From: an uncultured bacterium
GTDB taxonomy: Bacteria > Fidelibacterota > Marinisomatia > Marinisomatales > AB-629-J13
Direction of reading: 5' to 3'
Assembly: GCA_964606925.1 (NCBI GenBank)
Contig: CAZSIH010000006.1
Coordinates: 1 to 42,852 of the forward strand
Length of the DNA stretch: 42,852 bases
Shown: in pieces, positions 10,315-20,177 of the stretch
Numbering within the stretch: the stretch's first letter is position 1
Layout of the letters: the number at the start of each line of letters is the position of its first letter
Translations under genes and position numbers: made by a program
The notes under the pieces: generated by a model
Told to the model about the DNA's origin: nothing
The model's database searches: none
Seen by the model: only the letters and a program-made list of their open reading frames with translations

Positions 10315-11139
10315 ATGAAACTCTTTTTTCTGACATCGGAAATAACACCATTTACTCTACCTTCAACATTAGGAAATTACTCAGCAAAAGTATCATTACT
10401 ACTTCAGGGTAAATCCCATGACTTGAGAACAATGATCCCCAAATATGGTTATATTAGCGAAAGAAAATATATATTGAGAGAAGTGATCAGATTAAGGGAG
10501 ATTCCCTTTGAATTTGATGGTGTTGATCAATCATCTTCGGCTAAAAGTGCATTCATTCCAAAGACTCGTGTTCAGGTATATTTTTTGGAACACTTAGAAT
10601 GGTTTAAACCCCTTTCCACTTTATTATACAAAGCTAAAAATGGACGTATTCTGTCTGATAATGATGTGAGGTTTGCTTATTTTGCATGTGCAGGGCTTGC
10701 AATTCTACCTCATTTATTTTGGAAACCGGATATGTATCTTTGTCATGGATGGCAGTCCAGTCTCGTACCGCTTTTATACCATCAGAAATATAAAGATAAA
10801 GTTTCAAAAAATATAGATTACAAAAATATAAAATCTGCTTATATCGTCCATTCTATGGATGAATTTTGTCAATTTAAACGAGAATCATTTGAAGCAGCAG
10901 GACTCAAAATCCCTGATTATCTGGATAACGATATTGTCAATACTCATGAAACCGCTGTTCATTACGCTGATAAAGTAATTGTATTTAATTTTCCCGGTTC
11001 TTCCCTTGTGGATGATTTTATGAAACTAAAAGCCGTTGAAAAGCATAGTAATAAAGTATCTGTGATTGATTGGAATGATGAGGAATCTCCTGATTATTTC
11101 ACATTATCCGATAAAATTGATGAGGTATTGACCTCTTAA
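10315..11139 (+). CDS. Glycogen/starch synthase N-terminal-domain-only protein (Glyco_transf_5)
   Basis: SEITPF, MIPKYG.I, R....EVIRL, DN..RF..F, W.PD...CHGWQ. At 274 aa it lacks the C-terminal GT-B domain. Confidence 0.8.
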   Translation: MKLFFLTSEITPFTLPSTLGNYSAKVSLLLQGKSHDLRTMIPKYGYISERKYILREVIRLREIPFEFDGVDQSSSAKSAFIPKTRVQVYFLEHLEWFKPLSTLLYKAKNGRILSDNDVRFAYFACAGLAILPHLFWKPDMYLCHGWQSSLVPLLYHQKYKDKVSKNIDYKNIKSAYIVHSMDEFCQFKRESFEAAGLKIPDYLDNDIVNTHETAVHYADKVIVFNFPGSSLVDDFMKLKAVEKHSNKVSVIDWNDEESPDYFTLSDKIDEVLTS

Positions 11140-11165
11140 TACATTGAAGATAAATACTTTAAAGA

Positions 11166-12377
11166 ATGAGAAAAAATTTGTTACATTATATTTTCACAGG
11201 AATAGTTCCCTTCATATTTCTTCTTTCCTGTTCCGATAAAAATTATTCTATAACCCACCCTGAATTTGAGGGAAATTTTGAATTTCATTCCCTCACAGTT
11301 GATAATATCGTTTCAGGATATTCCTATATAACCTCGCCCAAATTAGGCGACCATACTTATTTATATTCCGGTTCTAAAAATAATTACAATTGTGAATTCA
11401 CATTAATTGATTTCACCTCATATTATGCACTTAATGCCTATCCTGAAGTTTTTTCCGATTCGGTTACGGTGGACAGCATGATTTTAAGAATATATTTTCC
11501 TGATTCAGCTAATTTCATTCCCGCAATTTTTGTTTCTTATTTGCATCATGAAATCGATTCAATATTTCACGAAGATAAAACCCTTTTTCCTGAATTTGAT
11601 CCTGATGGGTTTCCCCTCTCTTTTGGATTAGGTGATTTTCAGTTGAGTGAGGAAGATTCAAATTCCACAGTGAATTCCATGGAAGTGATGATAAAAGATA
11701 CAGCTAAAATAAGTGAGTTTTTGTTTTATTCAGAAGACACATCCAAGTGTTTTTTATTATCACAAACGGAAACATCCGATTTTATTAAAATGTACAGCAG
11801 CGAATCTTTTTATAAACCGGAGTTTTATATTTATTATACCTTAACTGATAGTTCTGATTCCAGTTATGCAGCATCATTTTCCTTACCAATTTTACAGGAT
11901 GTTACACTTATCGACCCACCGGATTTTTCAAACTTACCTCAAGATTCTCTTTATATTGGTGGTAGTTTATTTAAATCTGTAATTCAATTCGATCTGGATT
12001 CTTTCTCAGGATTACCGGATCAATTTATTCTCAATGATGACTCCTATATCTTTTTAAACACTCCGTTCGATGCCGAAGCTGGAACTGTTACTGTGTTAGC
12101 CTATTCCTTATCGGACAGTATAATTGACCTTGGACATTATTTTCATATTGAAGAAGAATATTCTGTAGATAAATCTGTATATATTCCCGCTTGGATCGAA
12201 AATGGAAAATTAAAAATAAGAATACAATCTTATCTTCAATACGCACTCACGGAGGAAATAGAACATTTTGGTATCAATTTGCAGGGAAGTATTCATAATG
12301 ATCCATTTTCAATTTTATCAATAGAAAAACCTGATTCTGGATTTTCAAATATCTCAATTGAATATGTTGACAATTAA
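11166..12377 (+). CDS. Hypothetical acidic lipoprotein (possibly DUF4270-like)
   Basis: Lipobox LLSC. Contains VDS..L.I and F/YS.E....P...IYY patterns, and follows the half-GlgA gene as DUF4270 does in Bacteroidota (from recall). Confidence 0.6.
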   Translation: MRKNLLHYIFTGIVPFIFLLSCSDKNYSITHPEFEGNFEFHSLTVDNIVSGYSYITSPKLGDHTYLYSGSKNNYNCEFTLIDFTSYYALNAYPEVFSDSVTVDSMILRIYFPDSANFIPAIFVSYLHHEIDSIFHEDKTLFPEFDPDGFPLSFGLGDFQLSEEDSNSTVNSMEVMIKDTAKISEFLFYSEDTSKCFLLSQTETSDFIKMYSSESFYKPEFYIYYTLTDSSDSSYAASFSLPILQDVTLIDPPDFSNLPQDSLYIGGSLFKSVIQFDLDSFSGLPDQFILNDDSYIFLNTPFDAEAGTVTVLAYSLSDSIIDLGHYFHIEEEYSVDKSVYIPAWIENGKLKIRIQSYLQYALTEEIEHFGINLQGSIHNDPFSILSIEKPDSGFSNISIEYVDN

Positions 12378-13635
12378 AAAATTAATAATTCTGATAATAT
12401 TTTTTGCAATTTGTTATTCACAAAGTATGATAAACAGTTACGGAATGGGTAATCCCGGTTTATACAAAGATGTTGCTTCAACAGGACTTTCCTCTTCAGG
12501 TTTAATTCCAGGATACGGACGGCAATTTTCTTTAATGAATCCATCAACTTGGTCATCATCCAAATTCTCTATATTCTCAAGTACATTCATGGGTACTACC
12601 CGGTATGTTAATAGGGAAAATGTTGAAAATCAACATTCAAATATTGACTTGGTGATTTTTATTGTTCCTATTAAACAAAAATATGCAATTGGTGTCGGAT
12701 TTTTTCCCTATGCGGATCAAAATGTACAATTTAACAGAACCGATCTGATGACATATGAAAATGGGGAATCCTCATTATTAAATCAAAGTGTGGATTATTC
12801 CGGAGGATTATCTTCTTTACGATTTGCTTTCGGATTCCCTTTCGGTAATATTGGTCTTGGTGGTTGGGGATTTGATTTGTTATTCGGTTCCACAAGAGTA
12901 CACAAAATCACTGATTTAAAAGATGACTTTTATATTCATGATCAACGAAAGTTGTTTAACGGTATTATTTCACAATTTTATTTCACTTCAAATCCATTTT
13001 TTATTGATACTCAGGAAATAATATTGTATTTGAACTTGGATTTTACTATGAGAAATTTTTCAGCAGAAGTACAATCTTACCAACCTTTTATTGATGTAAA
13101 TAAAAACGGAATTCATGATGTATCTTTAATTGATTTCCCGGGGATAGATAAATCTCCTGATCCTGTCATTACGCAATTTCGAAATTTTTATAATCCAATA
13201 GAATTTAATTTTGGAGTTAACGTAAAATATACATCAGATATTTCATTCATGTACGAAGGCGGAATATGGAAAAATACCGGCAATACTCCCGATGAATTAT
13301 TTGAATTTAAAGATGGATTATCAAAAAAAATATACCTCTCTCAGGGACTGATTAAATATGCGGGAGAATTTCCCCAAAATATTATTCATAAATTACATTG
13401 GAGGACGGGTTATTCAATTTCACAAATGAATTTTCAAAATAATTCCAATCAAGTTGACAAGTTTGATGTATCAATTGGCATGGGATTACCATTTGGTAAA
13501 TTGGGAAATCAAATTGATTTTGCAGTCACTTTTTCAAAAATAAAAAGTGGGAATTTGATTAATGAAACTGTAAAATCGTTTAAAATAGGATTAACGATAG
13601 GAGATATTTGGTTTGTTAAAAGAAGGAATAGATAA
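12364..13635 (+). CDS. Outer-membrane beta-barrel protein (FadL/PorV-superfamily-like)
   Basis: Signal peptide, S..S.YG.G, NP motif, G.GGL, amphipathic strands, and C-terminal WFVKRR as in conserved FCB barrels. ATG at 12364. Confidence 0.7.
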   Translation: MLTIKKLIILIIFFAICYSQSMINSYGMGNPGLYKDVASTGLSSSGLIPGYGRQFSLMNPSTWSSSKFSIFSSTFMGTTRYVNRENVENQHSNIDLVIFIVPIKQKYAIGVGFFPYADQNVQFNRTDLMTYENGESSLLNQSVDYSGGLSSLRFAFGFPFGNIGLGGWGFDLLFGSTRVHKITDLKDDFYIHDQRKLFNGIISQFYFTSNPFFIDTQEIILYLNLDFTMRNFSAEVQSYQPFIDVNKNGIHDVSLIDFPGIDKSPDPVITQFRNFYNPIEFNFGVNVKYTSDISFMYEGGIWKNTGNTPDELFEFKDGLSKKIYLSQGLIKYAGEFPQNIIHKLHWRTGYSISQMNFQNNSNQVDKFDVSIGMGLPFGKLGNQIDFAVTFSKIKSGNLINETVKSFKIGLTIGDIWFVKRRNR

Positions 13636-14919
13636 ATGAATATTTTGAAGAAAAGATGGATGTATTTTTGGATTACCTTATCCATGTTTTTTATAACAAT
13701 GTGTGTACCTCCCTCGTCCGGTCCAGAGGATAATTCAGTTGCGGAACAGGCAAAACTGGATTCATTGCGCCTTCTGAAATGTCCTCGATTTATGAGCAGT
13801 GCCGCAGAATATTATCGTAACCGGAATTGGAGAGAAACTGTGGAAATGTATTCACAGATCCTTGAATTGGGATGTGATGTTTATGATCCTGTTTTGGCTC
13901 CACCGGAAGAAATTTATCAATATTATGCAATTGGTCATGAGTATTTAGGCGAGTTTAGTGAATCTGAAAAAGTAATATTGAAGGGACTTCAAAAATTGCC
14001 TCAAAATGTAAATCTCAGAAAGCGATTGGCTTATTCATACAAAAAACAAAATAAAATGGATCAGTATATCAATGAAATGGAACGCATTGTGGATTTAACA
14101 GAAAATGACACAAATCTTATGATGGAATTATCCAATGCCTACGGAGAATTAAAGCGATATGACGATAAGGTTTATATCTTAAAACGACTTTTGAAAGAAG
14201 ATCCGAATAATGAAATAGCACAGGGAGAACTTGCACTTACACTGGAAAAAAGCGGTGAAGATCCTTTGGAATTTATTAAGGAACGATTTGAGAATAATCC
14301 TGATAATATTGCTTATGGACTCGATTATGCAGAGCGTCTCATAAAAAATAACCGTTATGATGAAGCAATTAATGTCTTTCAAAAAGTTATTCGTGTAGAT
14401 GGATCTAATAAAAGTGCATATCGAAAGATCGGAGAAATTTATTATGAAATGGATGACCTTGAATCCGCCTCTGAAGCATTTGAGGAATTATTTATGTTGG
14501 ATCCTCGTGATGTTAAAATTGCAATAAAAATTTCGGATATCAATATTGAACTGGATCAATTTAAGGATGCTAAAAAATGGGCAAAAAAAGCTGATAAGAT
14601 ATCACGGTCATCAGGTGAGTCTGTGAGTCAGATCGGTAAGGTTTATTATAAGGGATTTCAATATTGTCGAAGTGAAATGATCAGCTTGGATGACAGGATT
14701 GTTGCTTCTCTTGCATTTAGAGAATTTGAAAAAGCAGGAGAAAAGGGATATAAAAGGAATTCAGGTTCAATGCAGTGGTTAAAAGAGAATGAAGTATTAT
14801 TTGGGAAAGCAAATTGGTTCATGTTAGATCCTGAATCAAAAAGAAGAGGGTTTGTCAAACCATCTTCGTCCTGTTATAATTGGATTGATGATAAACTTGA
14901 AAAACAAGCGGATTGGTAG
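13636..14919 (+). CDS. Tetratricopeptide-repeat protein, probable lipoprotein
   Basis: Hydrophobic leader ending ITMC (atypical lipobox); many TPR-like repeats (L..DP.N, Y..IG..Y). Confidence 0.8.
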   Translation: MNILKKRWMYFWITLSMFFITMCVPPSSGPEDNSVAEQAKLDSLRLLKCPRFMSSAAEYYRNRNWRETVEMYSQILELGCDVYDPVLAPPEEIYQYYAIGHEYLGEFSESEKVILKGLQKLPQNVNLRKRLAYSYKKQNKMDQYINEMERIVDLTENDTNLMMELSNAYGELKRYDDKVYILKRLLKEDPNNEIAQGELALTLEKSGEDPLEFIKERFENNPDNIAYGLDYAERLIKNNRYDEAINVFQKVIRVDGSNKSAYRKIGEIYYEMDDLESASEAFEELFMLDPRDVKIAIKISDINIELDQFKDAKKWAKKADKISRSSGESVSQIGKVYYKGFQYCRSEMISLDDRIVASLAFREFEKAGEKGYKRNSGSMQWLKENEVLFGKANWFMLDPESKRRGFVKPSSSCYNWIDDKLEKQADW

Positions 14920-14920
14920 G

Positions 14921-16222
14921 TTGACTTCCCTACATGAATCTGATAGTCGTATCTTTAAAATTCTTCAACGGGAATATGTTAGAGAAAGGGATACGCTTGA
15001 ACTAATTGCTTCGGAGAATTTTGTCAGTCCAGCAGTATTAGAAGCCGCCGGAGGTATTATGACAAATAAATATGCCGAGGGATATCCTGGAAAGAGGTAT
15101 TACGGTGGCTGTGAACATGTTGATGAAGCGGAAAATTTAGCTCGTGATAGGGCAAAACAACTGTTTAATGCGGAATATGTCAATGTTCAACCCCATTCAG
15201 GATCTCAGGCGAATATGGCGGTATTAATGACTTTCTTGAATATAGGAGATACAGTTCTTGGTTTGGATTTATCTCATGGAGGTCATTTAACTCATGGAAG
15301 TCCCGTCAATTTTTCCGGTCAGTTATATAATTTTGTTTCTTATCACGTTCGAGCTGAAACAGGAAGGGTGGATTTTAACCAAGTCCTGAAATTAGCGAAA
15401 GAACATAAGCCGAAATTGATCATTTGCGGAGGAAGTGCTTATCCACGATTTATTGAATTTGAGACGTTTAGAGAAATCGCTGATAAAACAGGATCATTTC
15501 TCATGGCAGATATTGCTCATCCTGCTGGATTGATCGCCTCCGGTTTGCACCCATCTCCCATGCCATTTTGCGATGTGATAACAACTACAACTCATAAAAC
15601 ACTCCGTGGACCTCGAGGAGGAATGATTATGATGGGAAAAGATGAAAAAAATCCCTGGAGTAAAATTGCTCCGAAATCCGGACGTGTGAAAAATATTTCC
15701 GAACTTTTAGATTCAATGGTCATGCCGGGAATTCAGGGTGGTCCATTAATGCATATCATCAGTGCAAAAGCAGTAGCGTTTGGAGAAGCTCTGCTTCCGG
15801 AGTTTAAACAATATTCTGGTCAAATTGTTCAAAACGCAAAATGCTTTGCTGAAGAAATGATGAAAAGAAATTATGTTGTTATTTCCGGAGGTACAGATAC
15901 ACATCTTGTGTTAATTGATTTAACAAAAAATGACATTTCCGGTAAAAAAGCGGAGCAATCTCTGGAATTAGCGGGAATCACTGTAAATAAAAATATGGTT
16001 CCTTTTGACAAGAGAAGCCCACTGGTCACCAGCGGAATTCGCATTGGAACATCTGCAATAACAACAAGAGGAATGAAGACAGATCAAATAAAATTAATTG
16101 CAAAAATGATTGATTATATTGTGAAAAACCATGAAAATGAAAATAAGATTAATACTGTAAGAGATCAGGTCAGGGAGTTGTCAGGTGATTTCCCATTATA
16201 TCAGGAATTATTTACATCCTGA
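14921..16222 (+). CDS. glyA: Serine hydroxymethyltransferase
   Basis: [44 protein letters not shown] (PLP lysine). Start set at TTG 14921 just after the upstream stop. Confidence 0.98.
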   Translation: MTSLHESDSRIFKILQREYVRERDTLELIASENFVSPAVLEAAGGIMTNKYAEGYPGKRYYGGCEHVDEAENLARDRAKQLFNAEYVNVQPHSGSQANMAVLMTFLNIGDTVLGLDLSHGGHLTHGSPVNFSGQLYNFVSYHVRAETGRVDFNQVLKLAKEHKPKLIICGGSAYPRFIEFETFREIADKTGSFLMADIAHPAGLIASGLHPSPMPFCDVITTTTHKTLRGPRGGMIMMGKDEKNPWSKIAPKSGRVKNISELLDSMVMPGIQGGPLMHIISAKAVAFGEALLPEFKQYSGQIVQNAKCFAEEMMKRNYVVISGGTDTHLVLIDLTKNDISGKKAEQSLELAGITVNKNMVPFDKRSPLVTSGIRIGTSAITTRGMKTDQIKLIAKMIDYIVKNHENENKINTVRDQVRELSGDFPLYQELFTS

Positions 16223-16244
16223 TATATTTTCACTGAAGGTTCCA

Positions 16245-17099
16245 TTGAGGTTCATTTCTTATTATTTTATAGGTGGACTCTTTTTAATTTTTGTAAACGG
16301 ATGTACGCCTGTTTATCTTCTCTCTCATCATCCGAATCTGAGTGAAAAAGTATTTGAATTAAAAGTAAACAGGACATTACGAAAAGCGGAGGAAAATCCT
16401 TTTAATTCAACCATCCTTCTTGAAGCACAAATACGATTAACCCAATATGGATATATTTTTCAATTAGAAATGGGAGATCGGAAAATTTATAATGATTATT
16501 TAGCATCCAAACAAGTGTATTCTGAAGCAAAACAGTCTTTTTCTGAAGCATTAGTTCTTGGTAAAAATGCGCTGAGAATTTCCTATCCTGAAATTGATCT
16601 ATGGCTGTTGGATCCTGAACATATAAAAATAAATTTTGAGATACAGCATATTTCCAATTTATATTGGACAGCAGCTTCAATAGGTGGATTCATCAAAGCA
16701 GGGAAGGGATCTCCGGAAGCAGTGGTATTATTACCTCAGGTCGGTTTACTCTTGAATACCGCTTTGAATCTTGATCCATCTTGGGGAAACGGACGTATTT
16801 ATTCAGCATTAATCTCTTACACAATGTCTGAATTTCCTGTTACCAAAGAAAAGAGAAAAAGGGTGAAATATTTTTTTGATGAAGCTGTCAGATTATCTTA
16901 TGGAAAAGATGCAGGTCCGTATGTGGCATATGCTGAGTCGGTGTCCGTAAAAAATCAGGATAAGGATGAATTTATCCATTTACTGAATAAAGCATTTACG
17001 ATTCCCTCTTCGGATGATGAGGAAATTAATCTTCAAAATCTTATCGCACGAAACCGTGCAAAATGGTTATTATCCAGAACTGATGAATTATTTTATTAA
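16245..17099 (+). CDS. TRAP transporter TatT component lipoprotein
   Basis: Lipobox VNGC, Y...F, LYWTA...G, AL.LD.....G, V.YAE......Q...EF..LL..A, N.IA..RA.WLL....ELF; directly upstream of dctP. Start (TTG 16245) uncertain. Confidence 0.82.
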   Translation: MRFISYYFIGGLFLIFVNGCTPVYLLSHHPNLSEKVFELKVNRTLRKAEENPFNSTILLEAQIRLTQYGYIFQLEMGDRKIYNDYLASKQVYSEAKQSFSEALVLGKNALRISYPEIDLWLLDPEHIKINFEIQHISNLYWTAASIGGFIKAGKGSPEAVVLLPQVGLLLNTALNLDPSWGNGRIYSALISYTMSEFPVTKEKRKRVKYFFDEAVRLSYGKDAGPYVAYAESVSVKNQDKDEFIHLLNKAFTIPSSDDEEINLQNLIARNRAKWLLSRTDELFY

Positions 17100-17114
17100 G
17101 ACTATCTGTAAAAC

Positions 17115-18128
17115 ATGAGAAGAATTTTTATCCTGATTATTTTCATTGGATTGACTTTCCCGTTATTTGCGAAGAAAACCGTAATTAAATTAGCAACTTT
17201 AGCTCCTGATGGTTCAGAATGGTACTATATGTTGGTTGATTTAGGACAACGATGGGAAGCCGCAACCGAAGGCAGAGTCAGACTTAGAATATATCCTGGT
17301 GGAGTAATAGGCGATGAACGGGACATGATACGAAAAATGAGAATTGGGCAGATCCACGGAGCCGCTATTACTGCGGAAGGATTATCTGAACTTAACCCTG
17401 ATTTTTATATGTTTTTTATTCCCCTGCTCTTTGACAATTATAAGGAAGTTGATTTTATTCGATCTGAATTGAAAGATGATTTATACAATGGAATTCGATC
17501 AAATGGATTTGAACTCATGATGATCAATGATGTGGGTTGGGTTTATTGGTTCACAACTCAACCTATAAAAAATCCGGATGATCTTAAAAACCATAAAATA
17601 TTTAATTGGGCAGGAGATTACAAATTTTCTGAAATTTGGGAAAAAGCCGGATATCAATCCGTTCCTCTTTCTTCTATTGATATTCTTCCGGGTTTACAGA
17701 CGGGATTAATTGATGCCATCTCCAGTAATCCACAGTTTGCGCTAGCCCAGCAGATGTTCGGAATTTGTAAAAACATGCTTGAGTTAAAATGGGGATTATT
17801 AACGGGAGGAATTGTCGTTGATTCAAAAATATTTAATAGTATTGATTTCAAGGATAAAGAAGCAATTTTAAACATTTCCAAAGAATTTGAAAAACAATAT
17901 CAGGCAACTCTAAGGTATCGAGATAAAGAAGCTATTGAAGTGATGAAGGAGTACGATTTAAAAGTAACTCAACTCACTGTTGAAGAAAAAAACAACTGGA
18001 ATTCAATCGTGGACGATTGGTACCCAAGTATTCGAGAAATATTTACACATCCGGAATTTTTTGACAAAATTATTGAATTAAAAAAATCATATAATAAAAA
18101 GATAGCAGATTCGAATGACTCTGACTAA
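17115..18128 (+). CDS. dctP: TRAP transporter substrate-binding protein DctP (TatP type)
   Basis: IKLATLAPDGS.W, T.GRV...IYPGG..GDE..M.RKMRIGQ, LQTG.IDA. Confidence 0.92.
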   Translation: MRRIFILIIFIGLTFPLFAKKTVIKLATLAPDGSEWYYMLVDLGQRWEAATEGRVRLRIYPGGVIGDERDMIRKMRIGQIHGAAITAEGLSELNPDFYMFFIPLLFDNYKEVDFIRSELKDDLYNGIRSNGFELMMINDVGWVYWFTTQPIKNPDDLKNHKIFNWAGDYKFSEIWEKAGYQSVPLSSIDILPGLQTGLIDAISSNPQFALAQQMFGICKNMLELKWGLLTGGIVVDSKIFNSIDFKDKEAILNISKEFEKQYQATLRYRDKEAIEVMKEYDLKVTQLTVEEKNNWNSIVDDWYPSIREIFTHPEFFDKIIELKKSYNKKIADSNDSD

Positions 18129-19929
18129 TCCCCCAGTCGATCATGAAAACCATTTTAATGAGAGACTGAAATGGGGTGAAGATGTTCTGGCTATTTCTGT
18201 GTTTTTTGCCATCACGTTTCTTCCTTTTTATGACATCATTGCAAGGATCTTTCAACTAAAAAGTATTCCCGCTTCTCAAATAATTATTCAACATCTGACG
18301 CTTTGGACAGGATTTCTGGGAGCTGTTCTTGCTACACGTCAAAATAAACTGCTAGCACTTACCCGAAAACCATTATTTGTTTCTGATGACGATTTCAATT
18401 TTGGAAGATGGATTTCCAAATCAGTTTCTTTTATCATTCTATGTTCTTTGATATGGGGAAGTATCCAGTTAATAAAAACTGAATTTCAGTTTCCCATTGA
18501 TATTGCACCCCACATCCCAAGATGGGTAGCTCAACTCATCATGCCGGTTGGATTTTTCTTTATAGCGTTGGAAGTTATTCTCAGAAGCGGAAACAATGCC
18601 ATGTACCGTGCTTCTATTCTAATGATGGCAATTGGGTGGTATATTGTGTGTTTTTCAGGTAATCTACAGGATTCTGGATGGTTCCCCTGGGTGGGAAGTC
18701 TTATTATTTTATTTTCCGTCTATCATGGTTTGCCAATATTTTTAGCATTGGGAGGCCTGGCTGTTTTGTATTTTTGGATGGATTATACTCCTATAGCATC
18801 CATTGCCGCAGAAACGTACAGGATCGTTGTATCACCAACACTACCCACCATTCCTCTTTTTACTTTGGCCGGTTATATTTTAGCTGAAAGCGGAGCTCCA
18901 AAACGAATTTACATTTTTTTTAAATATGCGTTTGGATGGCTGCAGGGAGGAACACCTGTAATTGTAGTTTTACTGTGTTCTTTTTTTACTGCGCTAACGG
19001 GCGGTTCTGGTGTCACAATTCTTGCATTAGGCGGAATTCTTTACCCATTATTAAAAAATGAAGGATATTCAGAAAAATTTTCATTAGGATTGATCACGGT
19101 CTCAGGATCTTTGGGTTTACTTTTTCCTCCCAGTCTTCCTATGATAATTTATGGAGTAACCGCCGGAGTAAATGTTAAAGATCTCTTTATTCAGGGGTTT
19201 ATTCCGGGAGTGATTTTAGTACTGAGTATGGTTGGGTGGGTATATTTTCAGGGGAAAAAACATAAAATTGAAAGATCCAAATTTAATTGGGATAAATTAA
19301 GAAATAGCTTTTGGAAAGCAAAATGGGAAATTATCCTGCCCTTTTTAATCCTCACCGGAGTGTTCAGCGGATATATGACATTGGTGGAAACTGCGGCATT
19401 TACGGTCGTGTATATTTTAAGCATTGAAATTGTGGTTTATAAAGATTTACCAATAAAAGACCTGCCAAAAATTATCATTGACTGTGCTACCTTAATTGGG
19501 GGGGTATTGATCATCCTTGGTGTAGCAATGGGATTAACAGCCTATCTTGTAGATGCACAGATTCCCATGCGGTTACTGGAATGGATACAATCTGCAATTT
19601 CGTCTAAAATAGTATTTTTATTACTTCTAAATGTTCTGCTTCTTCTTATAGGATGCATGATGGACATTTTTTCTGCAATCATAGTTTTTGTTCCTCTCAT
19701 TGCACCTCTGGGTTTATTTTTCCAACTGGATCCAATACATTTAGCAATTATTTTTATTGCGAATCTTGAATTGGGATATTTTACCCCACCCATCGGGATG
19801 AATTTATTTTTATCTGCTTATCGTTTTAATAAATCCATGCCCGTTCTTTATAATGCGACCCTTCCATTTTTCCTGATTCGATTATTATTCGTAATGGTTC
19901 TCACATATGTTCCTTTGCTTTTTTATTAA
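18115..19929 (+). CDS. dctM: TRAP transporter fused DctQ-DctM permease
   Basis: N-terminal ~160 aa with four TMs (DctQ-like), then IPLF.LAG, TGGSG, GSLG.L.PPS, TPP.G.NLF (DctM). Confidence 0.92.
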   Translation: MTLTNPPVDHENHFNERLKWGEDVLAISVFFAITFLPFYDIIARIFQLKSIPASQIIIQHLTLWTGFLGAVLATRQNKLLALTRKPLFVSDDDFNFGRWISKSVSFIILCSLIWGSIQLIKTEFQFPIDIAPHIPRWVAQLIMPVGFFFIALEVILRSGNNAMYRASILMMAIGWYIVCFSGNLQDSGWFPWVGSLIILFSVYHGLPIFLALGGLAVLYFWMDYTPIASIAAETYRIVVSPTLPTIPLFTLAGYILAESGAPKRIYIFFKYAFGWLQGGTPVIVVLLCSFFTALTGGSGVTILALGGILYPLLKNEGYSEKFSLGLITVSGSLGLLFPPSLPMIIYGVTAGVNVKDLFIQGFIPGVILVLSMVGWVYFQGKKHKIERSKFNWDKLRNSFWKAKWEIILPFLILTGVFSGYMTLVETAAFTVVYILSIEIVVYKDLPIKDLPKIIIDCATLIGGVLIILGVAMGLTAYLVDAQIPMRLLEWIQSAISSKIVFLLLLNVLLLLIGCMMDIFSAIIVFVPLIAPLGLFFQLDPIHLAIIFIANLELGYFTPPIGMNLFLSAYRFNKSMPVLYNATLPFFLIRLLFVMVLTYVPLLFY

Positions 19930-20048
19930 TTTATGGAGTCGAATTTCTTCAATATCCAGAATCCTTTTACTCACAATTCTATCGCAAGAAATCTTTTCAA
20001 AGTTTTAGTAAGAACCAAAATGGAACTAATTTTAATAAAAAACATTAC

Positions 20049-20078
20049 TTGACTGAAAACAATGTACTGAAATAGATT
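20049..20078 (+). promoter_or_regulatory. Putative sigma70 promoter for porV-family gene
   Basis: TTGACT-N18-TAGATT within a 248-bp intergenic gap; GGAG ribosome-binding site before ATG 20178. Confidence 0.45.
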
Positions 20079-20177
20079 CGTTTACACAATGGAGACAACT
20101 ATTTAAAAACGCTATTAATTGTAAGAAAAATACGGTGAAATCCCGTTAATTTAATTCATTATTTATTTGGAGAAAAA

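Noticed and set aside
14852-14920. N-terminal extensions of GlyA (and similarly MreD, RodA, TatT, CoaD) in the ORF track
   Set aside because: These arise from longest-ORF calling into upstream genes; downstream starts fit the family N-termini better.
19930-20177. Intergenic gap as a riboswitch or sRNA
   Set aside because: No convincing stems or known aptamer motifs were seen, only a plausible promoter and ribosome-binding site.
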